64,000 nucleotides of DNA from a virus, in IMG/VR virus record IMGVR_UViG_3300029789_000001, one strand, 5' to 3'. Numbering within the stretch: the first letter of the stretch is position 1; the number at the start of each line of letters is the position of its first letter. The position numbers were made by a program, and so were the translations under genes. Below, one piece after another: positions 29,606 to 38,863 of this stretch. Under the pieces are notes generated by a model, which worked only from the letters and a program-made list of their open reading frames with translations, was not told the DNA's origin and did no database searches.

Positions 29606-30415
29606 TTAGATAACCTTAAACATTGTAACATTCTCAGGAAGATTGTCCCAGTCTTTATAAGAATTAGTAAACCATACGTGATTAAAATTTTCTGACAGAT
29701 TCTTTATACCTTTAGGATTTACCATATGAGTGACTGCGATATTTAAACGTTCCTTAGGGATACCTAAAGCATTAAATGCTTTAGCAATACCACAGAAGGT
29801 TCCACCACCATCACATAAATCATCAAGAATTAACAGAGGTTTATCCTGTACATTTTCAGGATTATCTATTTTAATCTCTAAGATTCTTCCAGTAGTTAAA
29901 TCTCGAACTTTACTACAAGTAATTGCTTTACGATTATATCTGAATTCATTTCTCTTTTCAGCTCCAGCATCTGGGAAAACTAATTGAAATTCTTTCCAAG
30001 TATTATTAGATGGATTCTTTTCAGCGTAAAGAGGCATGAATTTAACTCCGAATCTAGGATCATAATAAACATCAGAATGAGGTTCTAAAATTTCAATAGT
30101 CTCTGCATTACAATTTTTTAATACATTTAAGACTATTTTTAAAGTGAATGGTCTATTGAAAACCATTACTCGATCCATTCTCATACTCATTAAGTAATAG
30201 ATATTTATTTTATATAGAACTTCATGTCTATCAAGGATATCTAAAACTTGCATAAGTATAAATAAGTCTTCAGCATTAGTAATTCTACATTGCACTAATA
30301 CTTGCTCCTTATGGCTGAATTCTTCTAATGAAATTTGAACTTCCCCATCAGGGAATCTAGAAATAGAATACTTAATATCACTATCTTCTAAATGTACTAA
30401 ATTTAATTGTTGCAT
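29606..30415 (-). CDS. ribose-phosphate pyrophosphokinase (Prs) family protein; candidate ADPR-pyrophosphate synthetase (Adps-like)
   Basis: PRPP/ribose-5-P binding loop LLILDDLCDGGGTF. Short for Prs at 269 aa. Genomic context with a macrodomain and a NAMPT-like gene. Confidence 0.65.
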   Translation of the reverse strand: MQQLNLVHLEDSDIKYSISRFPDGEVQISLEEFSHKEQVLVQCRITNAEDLFILMQVLDILDRHEVLYKINIYYLMSMRMDRVMVFNRPFTLKIVLNVLKNCNAETIEILEPHSDVYYDPRFGVKFMPLYAEKNPSNNTWKEFQLVFPDAGAEKRNEFRYNRKAITCSKVRDLTTGRILEIKIDNPENVQDKPLLILDDLCDGGGTFCGIAKAFNALGIPKERLNIAVTHMVNPKGIKNLSENFNHVWFTNSYKDWDNLPENVTMFKVI

Positions 30416-30897
30416 AATTTATAAATATAAAGAGTTATTGTTAAATCATTAGCAAAAAGTTCTTGGAGCATAGGATAAACTACTCCGTCCCAATCTCCTC
30501 CTGCTAATCCACATCCTAATTTATAAGGAATGCCTATCTCTGTAATCTCGTTATCTTTACAAAGGTCTTTTAAATCTAATAAAGCTTTTTTAAGAGCATC
30601 ATAATCAGTATGTCTATTTTCATAGGGAGCTATTGATTCAGTAAAAGAATATTCACCAAATAAATTAGCTACGAGATTAATAGGTTCATCTCCTGTTATA
30701 CATACTTGACATTTCCCTAATAATTCTTTAGAATATTTAAAATATTTACAATAATTGGCATATCGTGTATATACGCTATTCCATTTATTTTTAATAGCCT
30801 TAGCTATACCTGCCCCCATTACTCCTAAACAATTAGTTTGATGGGCTATAAGAGGTAAATTTGACTGAAGTAAATCTCCATTAACAATTTTTATCAT
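30403..30897 (-). CDS. macrodomain protein (ADP-ribose binding or processing)
   Basis: IAHQTNCLGVMGAGIAKAI matches the macro-domain VNAAN...GGGV..AI ADP-ribose pocket. A second glycine motif is LGCGLAGG. Confidence 0.7.
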   Translation of the reverse strand: MIKIVNGDLLQSNLPLIAHQTNCLGVMGAGIAKAIKNKWNSVYTRYANYCKYFKYSKELLGKCQVCITGDEPINLVANLFGEYSFTESIAPYENRHTDYDALKKALLDLKDLCKDNEITEIGIPYKLGCGLAGGDWDGVVYPMLQELFANDLTITLYIYKLCNN

Positions 30898-31644
30898 ACT
30901 AATGTTGAATTTACACGTTCACGAATTTCAGAAAGAGAATATTCTCTTACTAATTCTCCATCTACAAAGACTGTTTTAAGACAACCTTGCAGTTCTGCAT
31001 CCTTGGTCTGCTGGTCATAAGCGACATACTTACCATCCTCTTTTTCAACTCTTATAAGACCTTTGAGAGAGTTCTTTGTTCCATCATCAGTCTTTGGGTG
31101 CTTATAGATTTCTATAAGTTTACCATTAATGGTGCATGCGGTCGCTTTAACTGCGAAACCCAAAGAATCTCTACTCTTAAACTGATAAGTATAAGATCCA
31201 ATACCAAGAACAAGATTACAAGCTGCCATATGAGCGTTCTCTAATCGAGCATAGATATCACGCTGACGCTCTAGAGTGATAGAATCTCCATAGAGCAACC
31301 CAACCTTGGTGCTTGGATAACGATAATCGTTCACAGTAGTATTCCATCCAAAGATTTTACCTAGCATATAATATGCTCCATAATACTGACCTTCAGATAC
31401 TTCTACATAATGACTCTCATCATCATCCATAAATGGATTGAAATCACAGTAGTACTTACCCTCTTTCATAGCAGTGTGGTAATGAGGATTTGTACGAAGA
31501 CCACAAATAATATCCACTGGGTCACCACTATCAGGACGAATTACTACTCGACCATCACGCTTCATAATGTCTTTTTTCAGACGAGGGAGAATACGTTCTA
31601 CCACTCTCCAAAAATCATAAGTATCACTAACTATAGATACAATT
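30894..31644 (-). CDS. nicotinamide phosphoribosyltransferase-family (NAMPT/NadV, possibly Namat) protein, proposed exon 2. The tracked ORF extends to 31736 inside the intron.
   Basis: IVSIVSDTYD, VVIRPDSGDP, LLYGDSITLER and VLGIGSYTYQ match the NAMPT C-terminal half. Confidence 0.7.
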
Positions 31645-32375
31645 CCAATAGGATATAATTCATTTATCAATCTTTTAATTGACAATAATTCTCCAATAAG
31701 TTTTTTGTCCTCTTCAGACGCTTTTTGAATTTTCATATTTATACGCTTTTTTCAAATTATCAATAGCCCATAAAGGCTGTAAATTTTTATAACAGAAACA
31801 CTCTTTTTGCTATATAGGATCAGATAAATCAAAAGAGGAACATGGTCTTATATGATCTAAATGCCATTCACCATAATTATCCCAGGACATTCCTTCAGTA
31901 AATTTGTTTGCAATATATTCTTTTAAAAATTCTATAGAACATCCGATTAATTCCATAGTATGTGCAGATTTAGATTCTCCTTTTAGAGCATGTGCCACTC
32001 TACGTCTGAGGTTATTACGAATTTTAAACTTTAAAGAATTTCTTTCCCATATTCTTTTTTGCTCCCGTAATTTATCTTTATTTTCTTGTCTATAAATTTT
32101 GTCATAAGCAGCTTTTTCTTCTTTATGAGCATCTGCATAAATTTTCTTTTGTGCTAATATATGCTCTTTATTTTCTTCATAATATTTATGTCTAGCTACT
32201 TTAACTTTATCTTTATTAGCCTCTCTATATGCTTTATTTTTAGCATTTCTACATTCTTTACAATGAGTATCTAACCCATCTTTATTTCTTTTGCACTTAG
32301 GAAATTCTGAAATAGGTTTTTCCTAACCACAATTAGAACAAATTTTTGTCTCCATTTTTATCAATATATCCAATT
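31645..32375 (-). other. putative 731-nt group I intron in the NAMPT-like gene, carrying an HNH endonuclease ORF
   Basis: Splicing at ..aaaUU|a...auugG|a gives mature ...DDFGKLIVSIVSDTYD, the same spacing as human NAMPT FSSVPVSVVSDSYD. U at the exon end and G at the intron end. The junction is ambiguous within a 6-nt repeat ATTGGA. Confidence 0.5.
31810..32322 (-). CDS. HNH homing endonuclease, intron-encoded, with no ATG at the start of the open frame
   Basis: Frame open from 32322: EKPISEFPKCKRNKDGLDTHCKECRNAK...(K-rich repeats)...GEWHLDHIRPCSSFDLSDPI. HNH motif plus CxxC...HCxxC zinc site. The track shows only the last 62 aa, from an internal Met. Confidence 0.7.
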   Translation of the reverse strand, partial: EKPISEFPKCKRNKDGLDTHCKECRNAKNKAYREANKDKVKVARHKYYEENKEHILAQKKIYADAHKEEKAAYDKIYRQENKDKLREQKRIWERNSLKFKIRNNLRRRVAHALKGESKSAHTMELIGCSIEFLKEYIANKFTEGMSWDNYGEWHLDHIRPCSSFDLSDPI

Positions 32376-33175
32376 AATTTACCAAAATCATCTAAGATTA
32401 TTTCTTCTACATTATCTTCAAAATCACTAATAGTAGAGCAAGCCACTGAATGTTCCGAAGCCGGGACAGTTGCAGCTACAAGTTCTTCAGTAACATTTGC
32501 ATCGTAATAATGCTCTACTGCTTCAATAGCAGGAATTGTTTCACTACCACAGAATGAAGTCATATGAGCCATACCGGAGATAATAGCAGCATCAAGTCCT
32601 GCCATACCTCTCATTGAGAAATCGTGACAAGAAAAACCTAGATTTACTTCCTCTGGGAATCCAGTCTTTCTAGCATGTTCCATAAGTCTCTTCTTATAAA
32701 GACGAGCACTTGTTGCAGAAGTACAAGGAAGCCATAGAGTACAACTAATTAAAGTTTCCAAGTAATTAGTCAACCAAAAGAAGTCCGGGAGAGTGTTCTT
32801 AATAGTCATCATAGGTACTCTTATAGGACAGATAGAACCTTCAGGAAGAGCTTTAATTTCAATAGGAAGATATCCTAAATCATAGAGTTCTTCAATATGC
32901 TTTGTCCCAACCTGGTTAAGGTCTACAAAGTTACCTACACGATAAGCAAATTGCTTAATAGCTTCTTCCTTAGGAAGAGCAAACCATTTGTTAAATTCCT
33001 CTATCAAATACTTCTTTACAAAGTACTGAATACCAAATACTACAGAACCTTCTGTAGCTTCTGGGAAGTAACGATTACTTCTAGGAGTCCAGTTACTATA
33101 GACCATTTGTGTACCCTCTGGGTACATACGATGATGACCAAGCTTATAGCCATCAGTTGCATTAATAATTTCCAT
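32376..33175 (-). CDS. NAMPT/NadV-family protein, proposed exon 1. The tracked ORF 32333..33175 reads into the intron.
   Basis: DGYKLGHH at the N-terminus, FSCHDFSMRG (cf. NAMPT GLHDFGFRG) and SEHSVACSTISDFEDN. Confidence 0.7.
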
Positions 33176-33665
33176 TAATTGATTCTTTTAATGTTAAACC
33201 TATACTATATTTATAAAACACTTCAGTTATATAACTCTTAGTTTTTTTGTGGATTTTCATATGAGGCTGTTGTTTAAGCCACCATGTATATTCTCTTCTA
33301 GGGTCAGCTCCATATGTTTTAGCTGCTGCTAAATAATCACATATAAGTTCTAGAACGTATTTTTTAGGCATTTTAGCAGGAATCCCTCCATTATCTAAGG
33401 AATGTATCCAATATTCATAATGATGAGGATTTCTTCCTCTATGGTGAAGGAATGTTTGACTATATCCTAATACTCTACATTCATTCGCTAATGAACTTAT
33501 ATTATCATCCCAATATTTAATGGCTCTTGAAAATTCTGTAAAACTAAATTTAGATAAATCATGAATAATACCTTGCCAATATAATCCTATTTGAAAGCAA
33601 TATTTAGCAACATAATACTTATGAGTTAAGATTCGCTTTATTAATTTCAACCAAACTAAGTTCAT
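33162..33665 (-). CDS. hypothetical protein
   Basis: ORF track, 167 aa. Confidence 0.4.
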   Translation of the reverse strand: MNLVWLKLIKRILTHKYYVAKYCFQIGLYWQGIIHDLSKFSFTEFSRAIKYWDDNISSLANECRVLGYSQTFLHHRGRNPHHYEYWIHSLDNGGIPAKMPKKYVLELICDYLAAAKTYGADPRREYTWWLKQQPHMKIHKKTKSYITEVFYKYSIGLTLKESINGNY

Positions 33666-33889
33666 AATGCTGATAATTTATTTATATAAATATCTAAATA
33701 TTTCTTTCCAAGTTTCTGCATTATACTATAGAAACTTCTTCTAAAACTATTATCTTTCATACACAATATCTTTATATTAGAAATTAAATCTTCTGGTATA
33801 TGTGCTTCAGAATATTCTTTAGATACTATTTCAGAAGATTTAATTAATTCTACTAATAAAGATACTTGATTAGCTTTTTGATAATTCAT
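33662..33889 (-). CDS. hypothetical protein
   Basis: ORF track, 75 aa. Confidence 0.3.
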   Translation of the reverse strand: MNYQKANQVSLLVELIKSSEIVSKEYSEAHIPEDLISNIKILCMKDNSFRRSFYSIMQKLGKKYLDIYINKLSAL

Positions 33890-34107
33890 AAGTGAGAATC
33901 CCTAATTGCTGTATAATATCCTAGAATAAAAAAGTCTTTACACTTTCCTAACTCTCTATTAAACATTAATAGATATATAGGAGACTCTGCAATTAATGTT
34001 TTCCAAGCTTTATTTACTTTTATTTCAAGAGTATCTGAATTCATAGTCCTTCTTTTTCTAAAGAATTCCAATAGTCTGCTTCTAGATCATTCCAATAATC
34101 ATCTAGG

Positions 34108-34332
34108 TCATCTATAATGTCTGTTAGATCTTCCATCAGGTATACAATATAAAATTAGCAATATAATACAGAGTATAATTATAAGTCCTATTCCTATTAA
34201 GAATGGGCTAAAAACAACTAACCATGAAATATCTGAATGTAGAATAACTTTAGCAACTAATAAAATAATAAAAGTTACTGGAATAACCCATCCTCCACAT
34301 CCTAAATTTACATTTACTTTTTCATTTGACAT
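34108..34332 (-). CDS. small two-TM membrane protein
   Basis: 74 aa, two long hydrophobic helices. Confidence 0.35.
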   Translation of the reverse strand: MSNEKVNVNLGCGGWVIPVTFIILLVAKVILHSDISWLVVFSPFLIGIGLIIILCIILLILYCIPDGRSNRHYR

Positions 34333-34873
34333 TGTCTAATAGAGATTTTATATAATCAATAGATTCCTTCACAGAAAGATAGTCACCACTCTTTAACATT
34401 ACATAAGAGCTTTCTCCAGCTTCTTCTACTACGGAAATATCATCTACGGCTATTAAATATCTTCTATTAATACTATTGCTGTCTAATGTTAAATCAATAA
34501 ACACATTTAATCATATTAATAATTTTCTACTAATAATCATCTGCGTTATGATAAGTAAGATAATATAATACTATAAAGATTTAATCCTAGTACAGATTGT
34601 TTCTACAGCATTATTAAATTCTTGCTTATTACTATCTAAAATAGTTTCTCTTAAAAACCCTAAATATGAAGTACTACGACTAGTAATAGAAGGTAATCTA
34701 AGATTTACTACAATACATTTATTACCATCTACTCTAATTCGTAATGCTCCACACTTTTTATACTTAACCATTTAAATTAATAAATATTAGTAATGCTAAT
34801 ACAAAAATAGGGACTAATAAGATAAACTTACTAGTCCCTTTCTCCTTGCCATCAAAGGCTTCTACAATTTCTT

Positions 34874-35302
34874 TTAATGTCGTCTGTTCATCATATAATT
34901 AAAAAATTTATTTTTTGGAAGAGTTCTTAATAATTTTAAAGTATCACTTGCATAGAAATATCCATCAGTATAATAGTGACTTCCTTCAGGAATTATAAAT
35001 AAACCTATAGTATCAATAGATTCATCAATATCAAAACTATTATGTGTATCTCCGCGACATTCATATCTTCCAGCATAAGGACTTACTATCTTTATATTAT
35101 ATCCAAAAGAATGTAGTCCTATATCTACAGATACACTATTCTTATTTCTGTCTAAGTATGATGTATAAGTTTCTCCTATATTATATCTATAATTAAATAT
35201 TGGTGAATAATAACCGAACCTACCATAATTTATTAGAGCTTTCCATACACATATGTTAGAAGTAGCTACACATTCTTCTTTATATCGCAAATATAAACAC
35301 AT
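34874..35302 (-). CDS. hypothetical protein
   Basis: ORF track, 142 aa. Confidence 0.35.
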   Translation of the reverse strand: MCLYLRYKEECVATSNICVWKALINYGRFGYYSPIFNYRYNIGETYTSYLDRNKNSVSVDIGLHSFGYNIKIVSPYAGRYECRGDTHNSFDIDESIDTIGLFIIPEGSHYYTDGYFYASDTLKLLRTLPKNKFFNYMMNRRH

Positions 35303-35685
35303 TATTTAAGAATTTTAACTTTTACATGTTTTATACTGATTCGTTTAGAATTTTTGGGGTGTATTAATATATCAATACGATGTTTATGTCTTTTATTCAT
35401 GACATCCCTAACTTCATATATTCCAAATCCTTCTATAAACACTTTTTTAGGTTTATTCTTTGGAAATAAATAAAGTAAATCACGGGATATAGCACACCAC
35501 TTAATTTTATTATGTTTTAAATGGTGTAAATTTATTTTAGAACCATCAGCTGTAACTAATGGTTTATTATCACACTGACTCTTTACTGGTTGATAACAAG
35601 TAAGAGTTACATGAGTTACAGTTTGAGCAATACTTTTAGCGTATAAGAAACATAATAATATTAATATAAATTTAAATCTTCTCAT
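35302..35685 (-). CDS. secreted 3D-domain (MltA-like) protein, possibly binding or lysing peptidoglycan
   Basis: Signal peptide MRRFKFILILLCFLYAKSIAQ. Then ADGSKI...CAISRDL...FIEGFGIYEVRDVMNKRHKHRIDI, with three spaced Asp residues as in a 3D domain. Confidence 0.5.
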   Translation of the reverse strand: MRRFKFILILLCFLYAKSIAQTVTHVTLTCYQPVKSQCDNKPLVTADGSKINLHHLKHNKIKWCAISRDLLYLFPKNKPKKVFIEGFGIYEVRDVMNKRHKHRIDILIHPKNSKRISIKHVKVKILK

Positions 35686-35699
35686 TATAAATAATCTTT

Positions 35700-36101
35700 T
35701 TAGTTATGGCATATGTTACCACTCACAGTACTAATATTTCCACCAACATTACCACAAGTAACATCGCCACTCATTGTTAATACTCCACCTTTAACGTCTT
35801 TACAGGATACATCACCACTAGTTGTATTAACAGTTGAAACATCCCCTGTAATTAAGACATCCCCACTACCAGTATGTACACTAGCTACATTACCTTCTAT
35901 TTTCACTTCTATAGATGGACTTTTAAGATCTTCTCTTAATTTTCCATTTACATAAATTTTACCATTATTAATACTAATGGTTTGTGCTCCTTCTATTTTA
36001 ACATTGTTAATCCAAGTAGTACCATTAATATCATTTAATGTTGTTTCAATTGTATTAATTATTTCCATAATATATAAAATTTTTAAAATGTATACAAACA
36101 A
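35700..36101 (-). CDS. beta-helix-like repeat protein with SGDV repeats (bactofilin-like?)
   Basis: The repeats ...SGDVLITGDVSTVNTTSGDVSCKDVKGGVLTMSGDVTCGNVGGN. An alternative start is MEIINT at 36068. Confidence 0.4.
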   Translation of the reverse strand: MFVYILKILYIMEIINTIETTLNDINGTTWINNVKIEGAQTISINNGKIYVNGKLREDLKSPSIEVKIEGNVASVHTGSGDVLITGDVSTVNTTSGDVSCKDVKGGVLTMSGDVTCGNVGGNISTVSGNICHN

Positions 36102-36105
36102 AAAA

Positions 36106-36157
36106 AGTCGAGCTTATTGCCCGACTCAACATCAGTAAGTACCCCTTTGGTACTTAC
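36106..36157 (-). terminator. pair of hairpins (AGTCG...CGACT, then a 9-bp GTAAGTACC/GGTACTTAC stem) with a T-run on the minus strand
   Basis: Read directly. The minus strand shows the hairpin followed by TTTTTTTG. Confidence 0.45.
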
Positions 36158-36524
36158 AAATTAAATAATAAGATTAAATAATTGGAGGCATGTATAATCT
36201 ACAATACTGATTAGCATACCAAGTCCAACCCTTCTTAAATGCTTTTAAAGTTCTTTTTAAAATTTTCATCATAATAAATCAAATTTAAAGTTTAACTTAT
36301 AAAATATCTAGGAGGAGAGTTTAAAAAATTAAGAATCCCAGGTAAATCACCCCTGTTAGAGACATGGTCTCTATTTTTATTATTTAGGATTCTATAGGAA
36401 TGCAAAAAACCATCGAACCATTCCAGTTCGTAGGTTCTACGACACCTAATAGGCGAGTATGCATCGTTGAGAGGCACCCTATAAGTTACGTTGCTCCTGT
36501 AACTAGTATTCTAGAGCTTTGTTA

Positions 36525-37240
36525 TTATCGTTTTCTTTTATCAATTCTAGTACAATTTTTATTTCTAGAGCCAAAATTTTCCGTTAAGGCATGACAATTA
36601 GGGCATAGTAACTAAAGATTTTCTTCTTTATTATTTAAACAATCTCCATCAATATGATGGATTTGTAATGGTACTAAACCTGTGAAATAATTTACCTAAT
36701 TCCACCCACATTTTTGGCAAGAATTATTAAATTTTTCTTTTAAATATACTTTTACTGCTGTAGCTATTTTATCTTTTCCAATAATACCCGATTCCTTACC
36801 TGCTTTCCATCTTTTAATATATTCCTTTCTTTCATATTCTGCTTTACACGTATTATTACAATATTTATTTCCTTTAGTAATTTCTTTTCCACAGTTCAAA
36901 CAGAGTGAATAAGTAGGTAAAGATGGTTTATTTCGTACTACTCCAATATTATTATAACTAGCTGCACAAGAATGATTACAGAAATCATTAACTCGTTTTC
37001 ATAAGGAATTATTTTTCCACAGTATTTACATACTTTAGGATTTTTATCATAAGATTCCTTAGAATATCTAATCTTAAAATGTTCCGTACTTAAATTATTT
37101 GATTTAATAAAATCTCTTATTTTATTTATATTGTAAGTATTATTAGTACATAATAACTACTTACAAACCTAATTTAAATTTTCGCTATTTGATATAGCTA
37201 ATCTAATTTCTTCACTGGTGCATTCTTTGAATTTCTTCAT
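36525..37240 (-). pseudogene. HNH endonuclease gene with zinc-ribbon repeats, disrupted by one frameshift and 4 in-frame TAG codons
   Basis: Segments MKKFKECTSEEIRLAISNSENLN(TAG)VCK(TAG)LLCTNN...CKYCGKIIPYENE, then a frame shift, then FCNHSCAASYNN...CLNCGKEITKGNKYCNNTC...SCQKCGWN(TAG)VNYFTGLVPLQIHHIDGDCLNNKEENL(TAG)LLCPNCHALTENFG...(TAA). Confidence 0.6.
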
Positions 37241-37275
37241 ATTGTACTATTTTTTAATTACTGTTTAAAATTTAC

Positions 37276-37305
37276 ATAAAAAGCGGGAGAACAGTAAAAC
37301 TCCCG
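37276..37305 (-). terminator. rho-independent terminator (CGGGAG/CTCCCG stem followed by a U-run on the minus strand)
   Basis: Read directly, downstream of 37360..37698. Confidence 0.55.
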
Positions 37306-37359
37306 TAGTCAGGTAATTACTCTGATTTAGCTTTTTATGTTATATGAAATATCATTATA

Positions 37360-37698
37360 TTATTTATAAGATATCTTTCCAACGCATGAAGAATAAGAAA
37401 TTTTTTTATTATTATCTTCTAATATATAATAATAATCCTCAAATGTTTCTTGAATACCTTTAAAGACATATTCTTTATTCATATGCCCATTCATATAACA
37501 GGTTTTTCCTACATTAAGTAGTTCTTCTTTTACCCATTTTGGAGCATCTTCAGGAACATTGTCTACAGAATAATAATTCCCTATTACTTCATACATTAAT
37601 TTATTTATTAATTGTTGGAAAGTCTTCATTAAAATAGGAACATCTTCAGTTTTATACTTTAATGTTTCTAAATTGTCTGTATCAATAGTTATTTTCAT
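37360..37698 (-). CDS. hypothetical protein
   Basis: ORF track, 112 aa. Confidence 0.35.
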   Translation of the reverse strand: MKITIDTDNLETLKYKTEDVPILMKTFQQLINKLMYEVIGNYYSVDNVPEDAPKWVKEELLNVGKTCYMNGHMNKEYVFKGIQETFEDYYYILEDNNKKISYSSCVGKISYK

Positions 37699-37713
37699 AA
37701 ATTAATTTAATAG

Positions 37714-37787
37714 TGGAGCGTAGGAGATTCGAACTCCTAAGAATGCCTGCGTGCAAAGCAGGTGCTGACCACTTGAGCCGACGCCCC
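37714..37787 (-). tRNA. tRNA-Ala (anticodon UGC)
   Basis: Manual cloverleaf. Acceptor GGGGCGU/ACGCUCC. Anticodon stem CCUGC/GCAGG with loop UUUGCAC. T-arm AGGAG-UUCGAAU-CUCCU. No encoded CCA. Confidence 0.6.
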
Positions 37788-37797
37788 AAATTGGAGA

Positions 37798-38274
37798 TTA
37801 CTCTCCAGTTAATTGTTTTATTTTAAGTTTAGCTTGTGTTAATTCATATACTAAATTAGATATAGTTTTTTTATTATCTTTAAGATGTTTTTTGAGAGCT
37901 TTAATAGCTAATTTCATGCTATTAAAGTTCTTTAAATTATTTGCTATAGATTCTAACTCTTCAAAAGACTTAGTATCATCAAATAAAGATATATTGACTT
38001 TAGCTTGTAATTCTTTAATTTTAAGATTCTGCTTTTCTATCTTATCTTCTAAAGATTGAATCTTATTATTTAAAGAATCTATATTAAGTCCATTTTCTAA
38101 TTCATCTATATAGGATTCTAATTCTCCGATTTTTTGTTCTAGTCCAGCATAATGCTTTTTTCTTTCAGCATCATACTCTTTAAAACTATTTATTTTTCTT
38201 TTTAAAGTAGCTATAATAAAATCTTTTTTATCGTAAAAGTTTGCATCAGATTGATAATTAAAAGTTTTTTCCAT
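37798..38274 (-). CDS. coiled-coil protein
   Basis: Heptad-rich sequence: LEQKIGELESYIDELENGL...IQSLEDKIEKQNLKIKELQAKV. Confidence 0.4.
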   Translation of the reverse strand: MEKTFNYQSDANFYDKKDFIIATLKRKINSFKEYDAERKKHYAGLEQKIGELESYIDELENGLNIDSLNNKIQSLEDKIEKQNLKIKELQAKVNISLFDDTKSFEELESIANNLKNFNSMKLAIKALKKHLKDNKKTISNLVYELTQAKLKIKQLTGE

Positions 38275-38330
38275 ATTATTTATTTTATTAATTAGTTGTA
38301 GGTATTGGACTCAGACCAATAACCATTTAG

Positions 38331-38403
38331 TTCGAGGTGTGGGAGTTGAACCCACTGTTTTCTGCTTATGAGACAGACGTGTAAGCCGTTTCACTCACCT
38401 CAA
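38331..38403 (-). tRNA. tRNA-Met or Ile2 (anticodon CAU)
   Basis: Anticodon stem UCUGU/GCAGA with loop CUCAUAA. T-arm GUGGG-UUCAACU-CCCAC. Acceptor UUGAGGU/ACCUCGA. Confidence 0.55.
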
Positions 38404-38415
38404 ATATAAATAAAG

Positions 38416-38488
38416 AGCTTCTAATTGGACTCAAACCAATAACCTGCACTTTACAAGAGTGCTGCACTATCAATTGTGCTATAGAAGC
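38416..38488 (-). tRNA. tRNA-Thr (anticodon UGU)
   Basis: Acceptor GCUUCUA/UAGAAGC. D-stem GCAC/GUGC. Anticodon stem GCACU/AGUGC with loop CUUGUAA. T-arm AUUGG-UUUGAGU-CCAAU. Confidence 0.65.
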
Positions 38489-38633
38489 TTAAATAAAAGC
38501 GAATATGGCATTAGACGGGCGAACTATCGTGACCATATTCTAATAATACATTGAGCTATCAGGCATACTCGTGGATCGCCACCGCTACCTCTAACAACCG
38601 CCTAGTTAAATGCTAGGTCCTCTCCATTATTTG

Positions 38634-38710
38634 CGGAATATAAGGGACTCGAACCCTTAGTTTTACTAGAGTGACAGTCTAGTTCCCTTACCAACAGGGC
38701 TTAATACTCC
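38634..38710 (-). tRNA. tRNA-Asp (anticodon GUC)
   Basis: Acceptor GGAGUAU/AUAUUCC. Anticodon stem CUAGA/UCUAG with loop CUGUCAC. T-arm AAGGG-UUCGAGU-CCCUU. Confidence 0.55.
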
Positions 38711-38771
38711 AGGCGCCTCTTGTGTACACGTTTCTTTTCGAGAAGGTAGCTAACCTTAGAAATAAGAGGCA

Positions 38772-38852
38772 TATATTATTGCGCCTAGACTAGGATTCGA
38801 ACCTAGGAACCTTTCGGGGCAAGTTAACAGCTTGCTGCCGTTGACCACTTGG
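38772..38852 (-). tRNA. tRNA-like gene with anticodon GUU (Asn) but an 81-nt body and a 12-nt variable arm
   Basis: Acceptor GUCUAGA/UCUAGGC. Anticodon stem GCAAG/CUUGC with loop CUGUUAA. Variable arm CCCGAAAGGUUC. T-arm CUAGG-UUCGAAU-CCUAG. Confidence 0.45.
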
Positions 38853-38863
38853 CTATCTAGACG

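Noticed and set aside
31810-31998. The 62-aa tracked ORF taken as a stand-alone small HNH gene.
   Set aside because: The same frame is open for about 170 codons upstream, with zinc-finger and K-rich repeats. The Met is internal.
36292-36477. The 61-aa ORF as a real gene.
   Set aside because: It lies in a GC-rich hairpin-dense stretch just downstream of the decayed HNH gene, and its translation is Arg/Pro-rich with no context. It is more likely non-coding.
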